Part shown: positions 13,436 through 25,400 of the stretch, piece by piece
Layout: each line of letters begins with the position of its first letter
Position numbering within the stretch: the stretch's first letter is position 1
NCBI RefSeq assembly: GCF_001194135.2
Contig: NC_068985.1
Location: forward strand, 4,882,254-4,946,253
Direction of reading: 5' to 3'
Length of the DNA stretch: 64,000 nucleotides
Source: Octopus bimaculoides
Taxonomy: Eukaryota
Made by a program: the position numbers and the translations under genes
The notes under the pieces: model-generated
Seen by the model: only the letters and a program-made list of their open reading frames with translations
What the model was told of the DNA's origin: nothing
The model's database searches: none

Positions 13436-16400
13436 CTTCACTTGTTTATTATTGTTATTTTATTATTTTTATTATTTTGATGCCTGTATGTTGTCCAGAA
13501 ATCTTTCATTACACATCTATGGCTGCTTTAACGAATGAAAATAGATAAGGCATAAAATTTATGTAACTATAATAGTAAAAAAAAAATCATAATAAATAAA
13601 ATGACCATCCCAAAGTACAGCAATATCTGTTTCAACACATGATTTCACATCAGTTATCTTGCAAAATGAATTGATATTCTCCAAATGTTGAGATGAAATC
13701 TGATATGAGCTATTTACACACATGGTCAACTTAAATCTTTAATATTTAGTCATTTGTACTATCATGCATAATGAGGGAATTGTATTAGTAAATGAATTAA
13801 ATATCCGCAGTAACCATATTGTGAGGGGGAGGTTGAGAAAGCTTTGGTGAGCTTGGATATACATTAAAGATAAAGGGAGAAATGTGAGGTGAAAATAAAG
13901 ATAAAATAAAGTTAAGCTATTTAAAATCGAATAGAATTGGAGGTCAGATATAATTTCAAATTAACCTGAATTAAAGAAATTTTAAAATTTAAACAATTAA
14001 AGCTATTATGGATAAAAAAATTAAATTAAAATTTATAAAATTAACATTAAAACAAAGAACTAAAAGAATTTTACAAAATAAAAGGTAATACTAAAACAAT
14101 AACAATAATAATAATTGTTTCTACTGTAGGCACAAGGCCTGAAATTTGTGGGGAGGGGACTAATCGATTACATCGATCCCAGTACTCAACTGGTACTTGA
14201 TTTATCAACCCCAAAAGGATGAAAGGTAAAGTCGACCTAAGCAGAATTTGAACTCAGAACGAACAACAACAAAGTAACTCAATAAAATAAAATAAAAATT
14301 AAGAAATTTAAAAAGTTGTAAAATTTAAAGAAATAAAAAACATCTACCCATACACATATAAAAAATTAGATAACTTACATTTAACCTTTAGACATTATAC
14401 CCATCCCAACCAGTGTCTCTTGCTTTAGTATTAAAGTTATCTAGGGAACCTACTGAAGGATTTATTATAGGAAAGCTTACAGCATACCACTACTTCTTGC
14501 CTATGATTAATACGGTTACTCTCAGAGACATGTAATAATTATTCAAGGAGGGATACTCAGCTAGCTACTCATCAAACCAAGGATACTTTAATATGAAGGC
14601 TACATAAATCTATCTGGGTTCATTCATAGCCTAAAACCTAACTCGGTTGTATACAGTATAAATGCCAAACTGTATAGCAGTTATAACAACAAATGCAATC
14701 TTTGCAATGCAGAAGTCTTATCTATTATATAATGCAGCAATTGCATTAATAAAACAAAATGACCTTATTCTTAATTGTAAACATTAGGTTATGCCACACA
14801 TTTTTAAGGTACAAATGATAGTGTCCTCCACAATAATTCCCTGTGAATTTATAACACATTTTTTAACTATCTTTTAACATATTTCCATGACTTTGTGGTC
14901 TCTTTATATTTTCCTCTTAGCATACTGGGGTGTGCATGCATATACAAATGCACCCTCTGTGCACACATATATATTTATGTTGATACAACGGGTGCGAAGT
15001 GAGTGTACATATGTATGTATGTGTGCATGACTGTATAAATCTACTGTGAAATTAGAAAACAACCAACTTTACCAGTGCCTACCCTACATCATTATCTTTA
15101 CCCATCCTTACCTTATATTCCTAACAACCATTATTTCCCCTTAAAGATTACTCTCTACGCTTATCTCCTCCTCTTCTCGTCTTTTTTCCTAACTCCACCT
15201 GATTCCCACCACTCTTAAATATTCAACCTCTTACTTTTTCCTTGACAATTACATTTCTTCCAACATTTAAAAATTTTTTATTCTGTGTACATGTGTGTGC
15301 ATGGGTACACCAATGTATTTGTTTGCTGCTGACATAATAAAGTGGCCCCAGTTTAATATAAATAACAACTTTCTCTCTCCTTAAAGTCAGCAGCCATCTA
15401 ATCTATATGAGGAAAAATCTCATATATACTTTTACTCAGTTAGGCCTCAAAATTACTGTAACCACTAATCTATCTGAAGTTGATTTTTTAGATAATTCCC
15501 TAGAGTGAAACTTGTTCTCTTATAAGCTCTATCATAAAGTAATTGAGAAACTCATGTATATCCATAAACAGTCATGTCACCCCACTTAGCATTTAAAAAC
15601 ATTACAGCCAACATCAGTAACAGGATGTCTATTTTCTCCTTTTCTAAAGAAATATTTGTAAAGCAACCCCATAATATAATATCCTGGCTAACAATGGCTT
15701 CAAAGATAAGATGCCTTACAACCATTCAATTAAAAATATGAAACATAAAATACACCCAGGAATATAATATGGTTCTCCCCACACACCCACAAACTTTCTC
15801 TTTGAATGTTATGACTAATGTAGGTAAAAAAAATTCCTTACTTTAATAGACAGGCATTTCCTAGTAAACAATAAATACAAGAAAATTAAATTTTTAATAG
15901 ACATTCAGAGAAAAATTCCTTTACATGCTTTCCCAGTATGAAAAACATATCACTTGCAGGTCACACCAAGAATTCAAGAGACTCTGAAGCTTGCCCACTC
16001 AATCACACATGCTTGACCAACTCAGTGGTTTATGAAGCCAAAGTCACTGTAGTGCTCCAAAGTAAGGAATTCCAAAAGAAAAATTACTTTTTTTTTTAAC
16101 TTGCTTCAGCCAGCTGACTTTGGCCATGCTGGAGCACTGCCTTGAAGAATTTTAGTCAAATGAATTGACTCCAGGAATTATTTTTTCAAACCTGGTACTT
16201 ATTCTATTGGTCCTTTTTTTTTGCCAATCTGCTAATTGACATGAACATAAACACACCAACATTGGTTGTCAAGTGGTGGTGGACAAGCACAAACACAAAC
16301 ACACATATATATGATGGGCTTCTTTCAGTTTCCATCTATCAAATCTACTCATAAGGCTTTTGTTGGCCCGAGGCTATAGTAGAAGACACTTGCCCTAGGT

Positions 16401-19400
16401 GCAATGCAGTGTGAGTGAACCTGGAACCAAGTGATTGGGAAGCAAACTTTTTACCACACAACCATGCTGGTTTATGAAAAACAAATTTCAAAAAAAGATA
16501 CACAAGCAACTGGTTTCCTTTTCAGCACATATGTAAGAATAAAGCTACAAAGTTAACTAGTCATATATGGGAACTGAAGGTCAACCACACACCAAACACC
16601 ACACACAATCAAGTGGAGCATGATGGTGTGATCAATTTTTTTTGTAAATGGATCAAAGAGATGCAGGCTTTGTGTAGCTGAAAATCTCATATTCTTTTTA
16701 GATCCAACAACTCCATGAACCTAGTAAATTCCAGCTCCAACATAATTAGTAACTGTAAACACATGGCCAAATTTCTCATTGAACTGGAAGATTCTATCCT
16801 CTTTGGATAAAACATGCAGTCTCACAGACATCAGCTTCCTCCTTATTGACATAGTTTACATATGCTGTATTAATTCTGATTCAAACACCATCCACATTAA
16901 TTCTGATTTCAACAGACAAAGGGGATCCATTAGTCTTGCCAGAGATGTGTGAAACCTCTCTGATGCTGGTGACATTATAAAATATACCTAGCACACTCTA
17001 TAAAGAGGTTGTCATAAGGAAGGACATCCAAACCAAAAATTGAAATTTCAAGTGTGACATAGGCCCCTGGATCCACTAGGAGTGGTGAACCATCCAATCC
17101 ATGCCAGTATAAAACAATGAAAATAAAGACCTTGATCCTTGTACTTAATCTGGTACCTATTTTATCAATCTCTATTTATCTGAAGGCTAAGTCCCACAAC
17201 AAATTGAGTTACAATCATTTAGGAACAAAAATGCTGCAAAGTATTGGTACTGATTTACACCGGATCACTCGTGCACACACATGCATGCACACACATGCAT
17301 GCACATACACACACACAACAGACTTCCACATAGGTTCCATTTCTTAAATTTCACTCACAAATCATTGTTCAACTGAAGACCCACGGTGCAAGCTACTGGC
17401 CCAAAGTGTGACTGGGTGGAATTGAACCCAGAATACATCTGTGAAAAGGACTTTTTAACCACACAGCCATACTTTCCATCATTATTTTTCATTATACAAT
17501 TCACTTCGATTCAGAATATATAATCAGCATGGTAAATATCAACAGTACCTGTAAATTCCAATTGCATTTATCCAAAAAGAACTTAGCTTTGCCCACATCC
17601 AGTCTTGGAACCTTTCTAATTAACTGGTCCATTTTTGTTTCCTTGTCATCCCTGTAATTAATTTTTAAAAAAATCAAATAACATTATTTGTAGTTTAATT
17701 TTTTTAACACAGGAAAATTATACAAACGTTTTCTGAAAAATTAACTTTGACACATGAACATTCTATTTCAAGAGAGATTTCTTTTTATATCAAACATAGT
17801 ATGAAAACCAATAAAAGAAAATTTGTCAGTATTCCAAAATATATCTATGTTTAACCCTTTAATATTTAAACCAGCCATATTTGGCCCAAATATTCTGTTT
17901 TATGTTCAAACCAGCCAGATCTGGCCTCTCACACCTACCCAACAACGTCAGTCTAAGGTTAAACAATTACATCATTGAAATCTTGAAGCTTTTGAGATAA
18001 TGCATGATTCATTCAAAACAACAGAGATAAATAAGGATTACATTTAACAGTAATCTGAATGGTAAAGGGTTAAACCATAGTTTTTTACTTATTTAGCAAG
18101 ACTATATCATTGCTATTATGCAAAAGTGTTGTAAGTCCAAAACATTGCTTTTTCAGAAAATGAAAAAATGGTTTCACCATTCCATAGCAATCTGAAGCAG
18201 CTGGAGATATGATACTTTGACCAAAAGAACTAGCTATTGCAAGCAAAAATAAATATTGAAAAAAATGCATTTGGTCAAACTTGGACATATGACAGTTTAA
18301 CATAATAGCAACAATATGTTCTTCAGAATAATAAATTTTAAGCAAATGTGGTGCAAATGGATGAGGACAGCTGTGTGAAAAAGTACCACACCCTAGCAGT
18401 TGAAGGAATCTGTGGAAGAGGTAGACCCTTTTTCTGTCTTTCTGTCTCTGTCACACTTAAACCTTTTAGCACCTGATACAAGATCACCTCCTCTAATTAC
18501 TCCTTCCCTCCCCAAAATTTTTTGTCTTGCAAGTTACTTGGTGATCCTGCTAGTGATGGTGTCCTGTAAAAAGCATCCAGTCCACACTGTAAAGTGGTTG
18601 GCATTTGGAAAAGTATCCAGCTGTAAAAACAATGCCATAAAGCTGAACTCACCTGTGCTGATGCCACATAAAAAGCACACAGTCCACTATGTGGGGTGGT
18701 TGATGTTAGAAAGGGCATCCAGCCTTAAAAACCAGCCAAAACACACACAGAAGTTTAGTGTAGTCTTCTGCCAGGCCAGCTCCTATTAAACCATCCAATC
18801 CATTCAAGGTAGACATTAAACAATGATGATGCTGGTGATGTTAGTATTTATAAAAGACCAACACAGTTAAAACACTATGTGCAATAAAATCTGCTAAATG
18901 TTTGCAGATGTTCAGTTATTTCTTCATGCAACCCAAAGAATATATTTTCATTCAGCAATTTAACCAGTCATTTACTTCATACCAGCCAACAACAACAACA
19001 ACAGCCCACAAGTCCATTTAATACTGCCATAATATAATTCCTAGCTTCTTCACAATACTGCTTTGTATCACTGCCTTCATTTCCCCTTCTCCACATAGCT
19101 AACCACTGAAATATTTAATCACACTATATTCTTTTTCATTTCCCACCCCCCACTATGAAGTTCAGTTTGTTTACTTGCTCCATTGTGTGTTTTGATATAT
19201 CACAATCCATTGAAGCTGTGACGGTCGGAGGTGAATACTGTATCTTATTTTTAATGTTTTTGATTGTAAGGTATAACAAATATTACTATTTCTTAAGTAA
19301 GAAGCTATGATGGTAAACTTGTCACTTATAACTTAATTATAAATATTTATCACCATGCATAACTCTTAATTCAGGCTGCGTAAATGTTATGATGAATTAT

Positions 19401-20632
19401 ACATACCAAGACACAGAACGTGTGTTTAATGTGTGCATGTATGTTGAAGATGTGGATTCATATTCTTTTTACCGTTACATAAAAAAATACACAGTTTCAT
19501 AAATACAGAAATAAATTTAACAAGTTGAAAGAACATGAAGTAAAGGAAAATAATTTCTACATTAGTTTATTTATGTACATTTGGCATAGTACAATTGGAA
19601 AGTAAGGTCATTTTGTCGTAGAGAATTACAACTTAAAATTCACACTAACTAATCTTTCATACTAACTACTAGAGTTCACAACAATTCAATCTTGTTGGAT
19701 TTGAGTATTGAACATGGCATAAAGATTAGCCGATACTCAAAAGGGTGAGTGTCGTGGATTTGAGTGACAATCAACGATCACTGGAGAATTTCCCAAAAAT
19801 CAGGGTTTTTATAACTGCTCATACAGGAATTCTAAGAACTGTACTTTGTGAAAGATTTCTTTAATGAAAGTTCAGAATTCGTATACGGGCAGTAATTTTT
19901 AACCAATGAGAAATCAACAATTTCTCCTGTTCGGGCAAACGAACCTATGTTCTCTCTCCGCCTCTAATGAGTTTGCTACAAAGCTATGGGGACCTCCAGT
20001 TTTTCTTTTCATGAGTGATTACTAGCCCATTCTAATATCTCATTGAAACATTCAGAAAATAATACTCACCCTTCATCTCCTTCTTTTAAAAGGATTATTT
20101 CATTATCACCTTCAACAGACACACACTCACCAGGCATAAGAATGTGTTTCTCAGACTCTGCAGATGTATGCTTGACTATTCTCAAATGTCTGGACAAAGT
20201 CTACAAAACAATATGCATTACACAAGTTAAACAGGATAATCCAAGAAAATTGATGATTGCCTGCTTCTGCATATAGCAAATATAAAATGTTCAATAAAAA
20301 TAATCATTAGGCTAATAATGTCGTGTATAAAGCACTTATGCTGGTTTCATGAATAAAGCATCCATACTGATGCCATGTTAAAAGCATCCATGTTAGTGTC
20401 ATGTAAAAAGCACTGGTGATGGTGCCACATAAAAAGCACTGGTGCTGGTGCCACATAAAAAGCACCAGGTCCACTGTAAAGTGGTTGGCATTAGGAAGAG
20501 CATCCAGCCACAGAAACCATGCCAAAACAGATAATTGGAGCCTGGTACAGCATTCTGGCTGGTCAGCTCCTCTCAGACTATCCAACCCATGCCAGCATGG
20601 AAAACAGATGCTAAATGATGATGACAACAACA

Positions 20633-20664
<32 letters not shown>

Positions 20665-22148
20665 AATGAAGCTAATGATTTTGTTCTCTTCACTATGGGT
20701 TTAACTTCCATTTATTACAATTTCTTGACTCACTGGCCCTCGTGCCTGTGGCACGTAAAATCACCCACTACACTCTCAGAGTGGTTGGCATTAGGAAGGG
20801 CATCCAGCTGTAGAAACTCTGCCAGATCAGATTGGAGCCTGGTGCACCCACCTGGCTCGCCAGTCCTCAGTCAAATCATCCAACCCATGCCAGTATGAAA
20901 AGCAGATGTTAAATGATGATGATGAGGAGGATGAATTAAAACTATATTATGTTAGTATCCACTTTACTATTTGCTTTCCATTTAGCAGGAGTCCCTAGCC
21001 ATTTTCTCCTCAATCATTATTTCAAGTTGTCATTCCAACCAGTATCTATTCATTATAACTCTATATTCAGTCATTTTAGCTCTAGAAATACTAAGAATAC
21101 TTTGCTAAAGAGGTCTGATAATGCTGAAACCTGTCCATAGTTTCAATAGTGTTTACCTCTCACTCCATTCTAATCTTAATTCATTAAATTCTGGAGTTAC
21201 TTATCCTACTTTTCTTAACCAAATTTAATCATCAAGCACATGATTTTTTTTTTTTTGTTTGTTCTCATTAAGTTTGTAATTTCAGTCAATTAAAATCTCT
21301 TCTCTTACTGCTTGAAGCATGTTAGCAGCAACCTTACTATTCATATAACTTAGTTTGCCATGAAGAAGAGAAAATATAAAGCATTTCTAAGGTTTTTCAG
21401 TAGATGCCTCATATATCAGATATCTCCTCTTCATGACAACTTAATTTATATCACGTTGCGCATGGCTTAGTGGTTAGGATGTTGGATTCATGATCATAAG
21501 ATTGCGATTTCAATTCCTGGACCAGGCGACATGTTGCATTCTTGAGAATAACATTTCATTTCACGTTGCTCCAGTCCATTCAGTTGGCAAGAATGAGTAA
21601 TCCTACAACAGACCAGCACTGTGCCCACTGAATCGCCAATTTCAATTTCATCATTCTGAGAAGAATAAAACAAATACAACTAATACATGTTATATATATA
21701 TATATGCGTGGCCGTTGCCAGTACTGCCTGACTGGCCTTCATGCGGGTGACATGTAAAAGCACCCACTACACTCTCTGAGTGGTTGGCGTTAGGAAGGGC
21801 ATCCAGCTGTAGAAACTCTGCCAAATCAGATTGGAGCCTGGTGTTGCCATCCGGTTTCAGTCCTCAGTTAAATCATCCAACCCATGCTAGCATGGAAAGC
21901 AGACGTTAAACGATGATGATGATGATGATGCAATCAGTGTCATTGACTCAGTTCATCCAAGCCTGCTCAATAAATAATCTTTATTACAATGTTAGCTATT
22001 GCTTATTGTCTATTAAGAATTTCATGCCTTAATTCTTTTGTAAGTTTATTACTGTTTTTCTATAATAACATAAAAATGTAACACATATAACTAACATAAG
22101 AAATATAACTAAATAAAAAGCTACCTACCAAGTCTTTTGCATTTTCAT
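1456..22148 (-). CDS. Uncharacterised 183-aa protein with two tandem p47-type UBA-like domains and a C-terminal helical/coiled-coil region (7 coding exons)
   Basis: Hand-built model complement(join(1456..1488,3126..3213,9840..9907,11417..11522,12428..12561,17549..17651,22129..22148)). All introns are GT-AG and the phases 2,0,2,0,2,0 chain without stops. Translation: MKMQKTWDDKETKMDQLIRKVPRLDVGKAKFFLDKCNWNLQVAQNIAESDNVEISNAAGKMKKYPSQYIDIVDDQIVCRYYEDTGPEPESQLDLFYVLRERYPYTNGETVYVLKKAEWNFIVALYLSDLYVAYRKYGVYHFEFREKMDEFMDNVYKLYQESEQLRDSVQRMEEVNEFKLKSKI*. The start and final exons are the least certain. Confidence 0.8.
3126..3213 (-). CDS. Tandem-UBA gene exon (EKMDEFMDNVYKLYQESEQLRDSVQRMEE), amphipathic helix/coiled coil
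   Basis: 88 nt, tttactttcag acceptor, gtaatg donor, phase 2 to 0. Confidence 0.8.
3660..4330 (-). mobile_element. Decayed Tx1/L1-clade LINE, ORF2 C-terminus
   Basis: The minus strand reads ACPRCMYSDQTVLHVLVQCLGISDLW (CCHC motif typical of the ORF2 C-terminus), with stops. Confidence 0.6.
4560..4760 (-). mobile_element. SINE-like element with tRNA-like head and hammerhead-containing tail (copy 1, rearranged)
   Basis: Same sequence family as 35960-36200 and 58885-59150. Confidence 0.7.
5008..5775 (+). mobile_element. 5'-truncated R4/Dong-clade non-LTR retrotransposon (CCHC plus restriction-like endonuclease), ending in (TAA)n
   Basis: CRICGQNGETVWHITSQC zinc knuckle, HHN motif, RKPDIV...IIDTACP RLE core, in-frame stop, and a 3' end running into a TAA microsatellite. 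Confidence 0.85.
7590..9170 (+). mobile_element. Decayed gag/ORF1-like element (Tx1/L1-type ORF1) with no ORF2 following
   Basis: Three to four overlapping frames cover 7704-8847. CX2CX4HX4C knuckle CHLCLEPGHIKKNCP at 8286-8330 preceded by EGRP. GC-richer than the flanks. Confidence 0.65.
9840..9907 (-). CDS. Tandem-UBA gene exon (VALYLSDLYVAYRKYGVYHFEF-R)
   Basis: 68 nt, tatctttccag acceptor, gtatgt donor, phase 0 to 2. Begins VA like the exon after repeat 1. Confidence 0.8.
11417..11522 (-). CDS. Tandem-UBA gene exon: UBA-like repeat 2 (EPESQLDLFYVLRERYPYTNGETVYVLKKAEWNFI)
   Basis: 106 nt, tttttcttctag acceptor, gtatgt donor, phase 2 to 0. Ends W-N-F-I, like W-N-L-Q in repeat 1. Confidence 0.82.
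12005..12320 (+). mobile_element. tRNA-derived SINE family D (copy)
   Basis: A box gtggcttagtggttagg, B box gagttcaattt, then gtgtccttgagcaa. Related copies at about 21455-21620, 23300-23560, 47280-47590 and 54570-54870. Confidence 0.7.
12428..12561 (-). CDS. Tandem-UBA gene exon (VAQNIAESDN...RYYEDTG-P)
   Basis: 134 nt, open frame, pyrimidine tract plus gaag acceptor, gtaagt donor, phase 0 to 2. Confidence 0.85.
15480..16720 (+). mobile_element. Decayed Penelope-like element (Neptune-type RT C-terminus and GIY-YIG), split by a SINE at about 16100-16470
   Basis: Fragments translate as MYIHKQSCHP, NIIWFSP..FSLNVMTNVGKK, CPLNHTCLTNSVVYEAKV and KATKLTSHIWELK. Confidence 0.7.
17549..17651 (-). 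CDS. Tandem-UBA gene exon: UBA-like repeat 1 (DDKETKMDQLIRKVPRLDVGKAKFFLDKCNWNLQ)
   Basis: 103 nt, ttacag acceptor, gtactg donor, phase 2 to 0. KAKFFLDKCNWNLQ parallels p47 RAKFFLESSSWDLE. Confidence 0.88.
17865..18068. mobile_element. piggyBac-type MITE
   Basis: ttaa-ccctt...aaggg-ttaa. Related copies lie near 53645-53880, 55090-55300, 57740-58030 and 58545-58730. Confidence 0.6.
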
Positions 22149-22185
22149 CTTGAACAAGTTCACTATTGAACTGCTTAGTAGCAGC
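22129..22185 (-). CDS. Tandem-UBA gene, first coding exon (57 nt, ATG at 22148: MKMQKT-W)
   Basis: Acceptor ttttctttttccacag and donor gtaggt. Ends in phase 2 (TG|G = Trp), matching the next exon. Confidence 0.6.
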
Positions 22186-24879
22186 CTGTGGAAAAAGAAA
22201 AGAAAATTATTATACTAAGGCTCAATAAACATTTATTTTTCTTGTGTTAGTTACACAGGTATCAGACCTCTTATCTAGAATCCAGAAATTCAGTTATTTT
22301 TTAAACTGGCTGGCTTTGAATTTTACGGGCTGTAGTAGTTTGCCACACGGTCACTTTGTTTTGGTTTCCATAGCTTTTAAATGGCTTAATAGAGATCAAA
22401 CAGACCCTGCTCTAGAAATGTATTAATTTGTATATATTATACAATTTTGTTCTTACTTTTTGTTGTTTATTTTATATTTTCAGTATATAGTTAGCCTGCG
22501 TCCAGAAATTCGGAAAATCCATAAATCTGGATCATCTCCGGTCCCACGGTTGCCAGATAAGAGGCACCTGTATATGTTCATAGTATCACTTACATTCATG
22601 TATCAGGTTATATCATCTATCTTTTACTTGTTTCGTTCATCAGACTGTGGCCATGCTGGGGCACTGCCTTGAAGAATTTTAGTCAACCCCAGGACTTTTC
22701 TTTTAAACTTGGTGCTTATCTTATTGGTCTCTTTTGCCGGACCATTAAGTTATGGAGACATAAACATGCTGACATTGGTTTACAAGTGGTAGTGGGGGAA
22801 CAAACAGAGACACAAAGACACACACACACACACATGCGTGTGCACCCCCACCACACACACAGAGTATGCAAGAAAGGATCTGAAAACCCAGAAGATGACT
22901 TTCAGTCAGGGATTGTGCATAACAAATAAAGGATAGAATTGGTATTTCATTGATTCTACCATTTACAATTGTTTCAATAAAAATGGTTGATAAATCATAT
23001 ACTTTTTAAAACATAGAAGATAATGATATTCTTTTCTACTCTAGGCACAAGACCCAAAGTTTTTGGGAAGGGGGCCAGTCGATTAGATTGACCTCAGTAC
23101 ACAACTGGTACTTAATTTATCGACCCCGAAAGGATGAAAGGCAAAGTTGACCTTGGTGGAACTTGAACTCAGAACGTAAAGACAGACGAAATATCACTAA
23201 GCATTTTGCCCGGCATGCTAACGTTTCTGCCAGCTCACCACCTTATAGGAGATAATGATATTGTCATATTGATTATATAAAATGTATTATTTAATGGTGA
23301 AGACACGTGGCTCAGTGGTTAGAGTATCTGGCTCACAATCAAAATATATAAGTTCAATTCCCAGCAGCATGATGTGTCATTCAGCAAGACACTTTATGTT
23401 GTTCCACTTCATTCACCTGGCAGAAATAAGTAGTACCTGTATTTCAAAGGGCCAGATTTGAGTACTCAACCAGCTGCACATTAATTTTATGAGCAGACTG
23501 TCGTGCTGATCAGATCAACTGGAACACTCATCATCACAACAGACAGAGTGCCAGTATTATACAATAACTGACTGATATTAAGCACCCTTCAATCCTTGGG
23601 TGATATGCAAAGCACCCTTCAACCATTGGGTGATATGCTGTGCCTGTGAAGACCTGTCAAACCAAGTGAAATCATAGGCATGGCTGATGCCATTGCTGTC
23701 TGACTGGCACCCATGCTGGTGGCATGTAAAAAGCACTGTTTGAACATTGGGCCTCATGAAGGCAGTGACGGGTAATGCTTGTGTAGACCTGTTAAGCCAG
23801 GTGAGAGCATAGTTATGGCCAATGTCAGTGTCAGGCCAGTGGCATGTAAAATACACTCACTACACTCTTGGAGTGGTTGGCATTAGGAAGGGCATCCAGC
23901 TGTAGAAACCTTGCCAAATCAGATTGGAACCTGGTGCAGTCCACCAGCTTACCAGTCTTCAATCAAACCATCCAACCCATGCCAGCATGAAAGCAGACAT
24001 TAAATGATGATGATGATAATAGTCATAACTTTTGTGAGCAATTAGACATGGTTACAAAATGGATGAGTTTACTTATATATGGACGACCTGGTTGAGAAAT
24101 GTTTAATTAATTAAGGCAGCAGGGCTTATTGTTAGAAATGTAAATGAAGAAAAAGTGGATTGCTATGTAATCGTATTTCTTAACAAGAACATTTTACAAG
24201 TTCCATTCATTAATCAATCCATAAATTCAGACATCTGTCTCGTTGAGACAGTGAAACATTTCAAAATGTGTAATAAATTCATCCACTTTGATCTCTGTTT
24301 GACAAACTGTTAGACTACATGACATAAAAGTGATTCAGCGTAAACACACATACATACATAAATCAAAAGCAAGCCTGTTAGCCTCACAAGTAAGACTGCA
24401 GTAGTTGACAAATAAAATGAAAAATGACTTACATCAATTTTCCAATTGTTTTTCTCCAAATAATATTTAGCTCGACCATAATCAATCCAATTGTCTATTG
24501 AGAACCGTTTAACAAGCAGAGCTTTGTTAAACCCCATCTTGTTCCAGTGTTTGCTGTGGACAATTAATAAAGAAACATAATACAGCTATTTAATTCTGAG
24601 AAATAAAGAAATTAGTGTTAAATTTTTATTTTTTTAAATGGCAGATTAATGTTGATGTACAATATAGTTTGATGAAAAATGCTTTAAATCAAAACCTAAA
24701 TTAAAAATTGAAGTCTTTGGCAAAAAAACTACATAAAGGAACACATATAATTATATATGCACAATAAAACCCAGATTCATCCACTTACCTTTCAACAAAT
24801 TTTTTTAAACATTTGAACCAATTCCTACTAGCTTCAGCTCCCTATAGGGGCTGGTACGAGCAGTATCTCTCTCAAACTT

Positions 24880-25400
24880 GGCTTTTTCAGAATAAATGCA
24901 TCAACGTAATCATAAAGCAGGCTCTGGCTCAGGTTAATATCCCCTCAGTTCTGGAGTCATCAGGATTATCCAGAAGTGATGGGAAGAGATCAGATGGTCT
25001 TCCACTTTGTCCCTATGTAAGAGGTAGGTGTCTCATCTGGGATGTCACAGTCTGTGGCTCTTTTGCTCCTTCTCACATCCTGGATGATGTAGTAAATGGG
25101 AGGGTCACTGTTTCTGTAGGTGAACAGAACAAAATCTTTAAGTATCAGAACTTGTCAGTGAACCATTTCTTCCAGCCTGTGGAGTTTGAGATGTTTGGAA
25201 GGGCTAGGCTGATAACAAAAAAGCTATTGTCATCATTGGTGGCTCACCTTACTGAAGTGCCGAGTAATGCCCATGAGGGTGTTTGGCTATTCTGTATGTT
25301 GCTATTCTGTATGTTGCAATGCTGTATGTTGACTTACTTCAGGAAGTTCCACTGAACCTTGTGATATGCAACCAACTGAAGCACTCAGTGTTGAATTCAT
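24880..25400 (+). mobile_element. CRE-like non-LTR retrotransposon 3' fragment (RLE domain), copy 1
   Basis: SGLSRSDGKRSDGLPLCPYVRGRCLIWDVTVCGSFAPSHI matches the DGKRPDG...G..L.WD.T RLE signature. Confidence 0.75.

Noticed and set aside
13606-13699. Possible extra exon ISSQHLENINSFCKITDVKSCVETDIAVLWD with a faint UBA-like look
   Set aside because: Weak donor (gtcatt), and phase 0 to 1 is incompatible with the flanking phase-0 intron. It also overlaps a motif repeated at 13316-13341 and about 30400.
18085-18345. Minus-strand ORF with a possible exon (SSFGQSIISPAASDCYGM)
   Set aside because: Weak donor (gtgaaa), no similarity to the module, and not needed to keep the frame between the 22129 and 17651 junctions.
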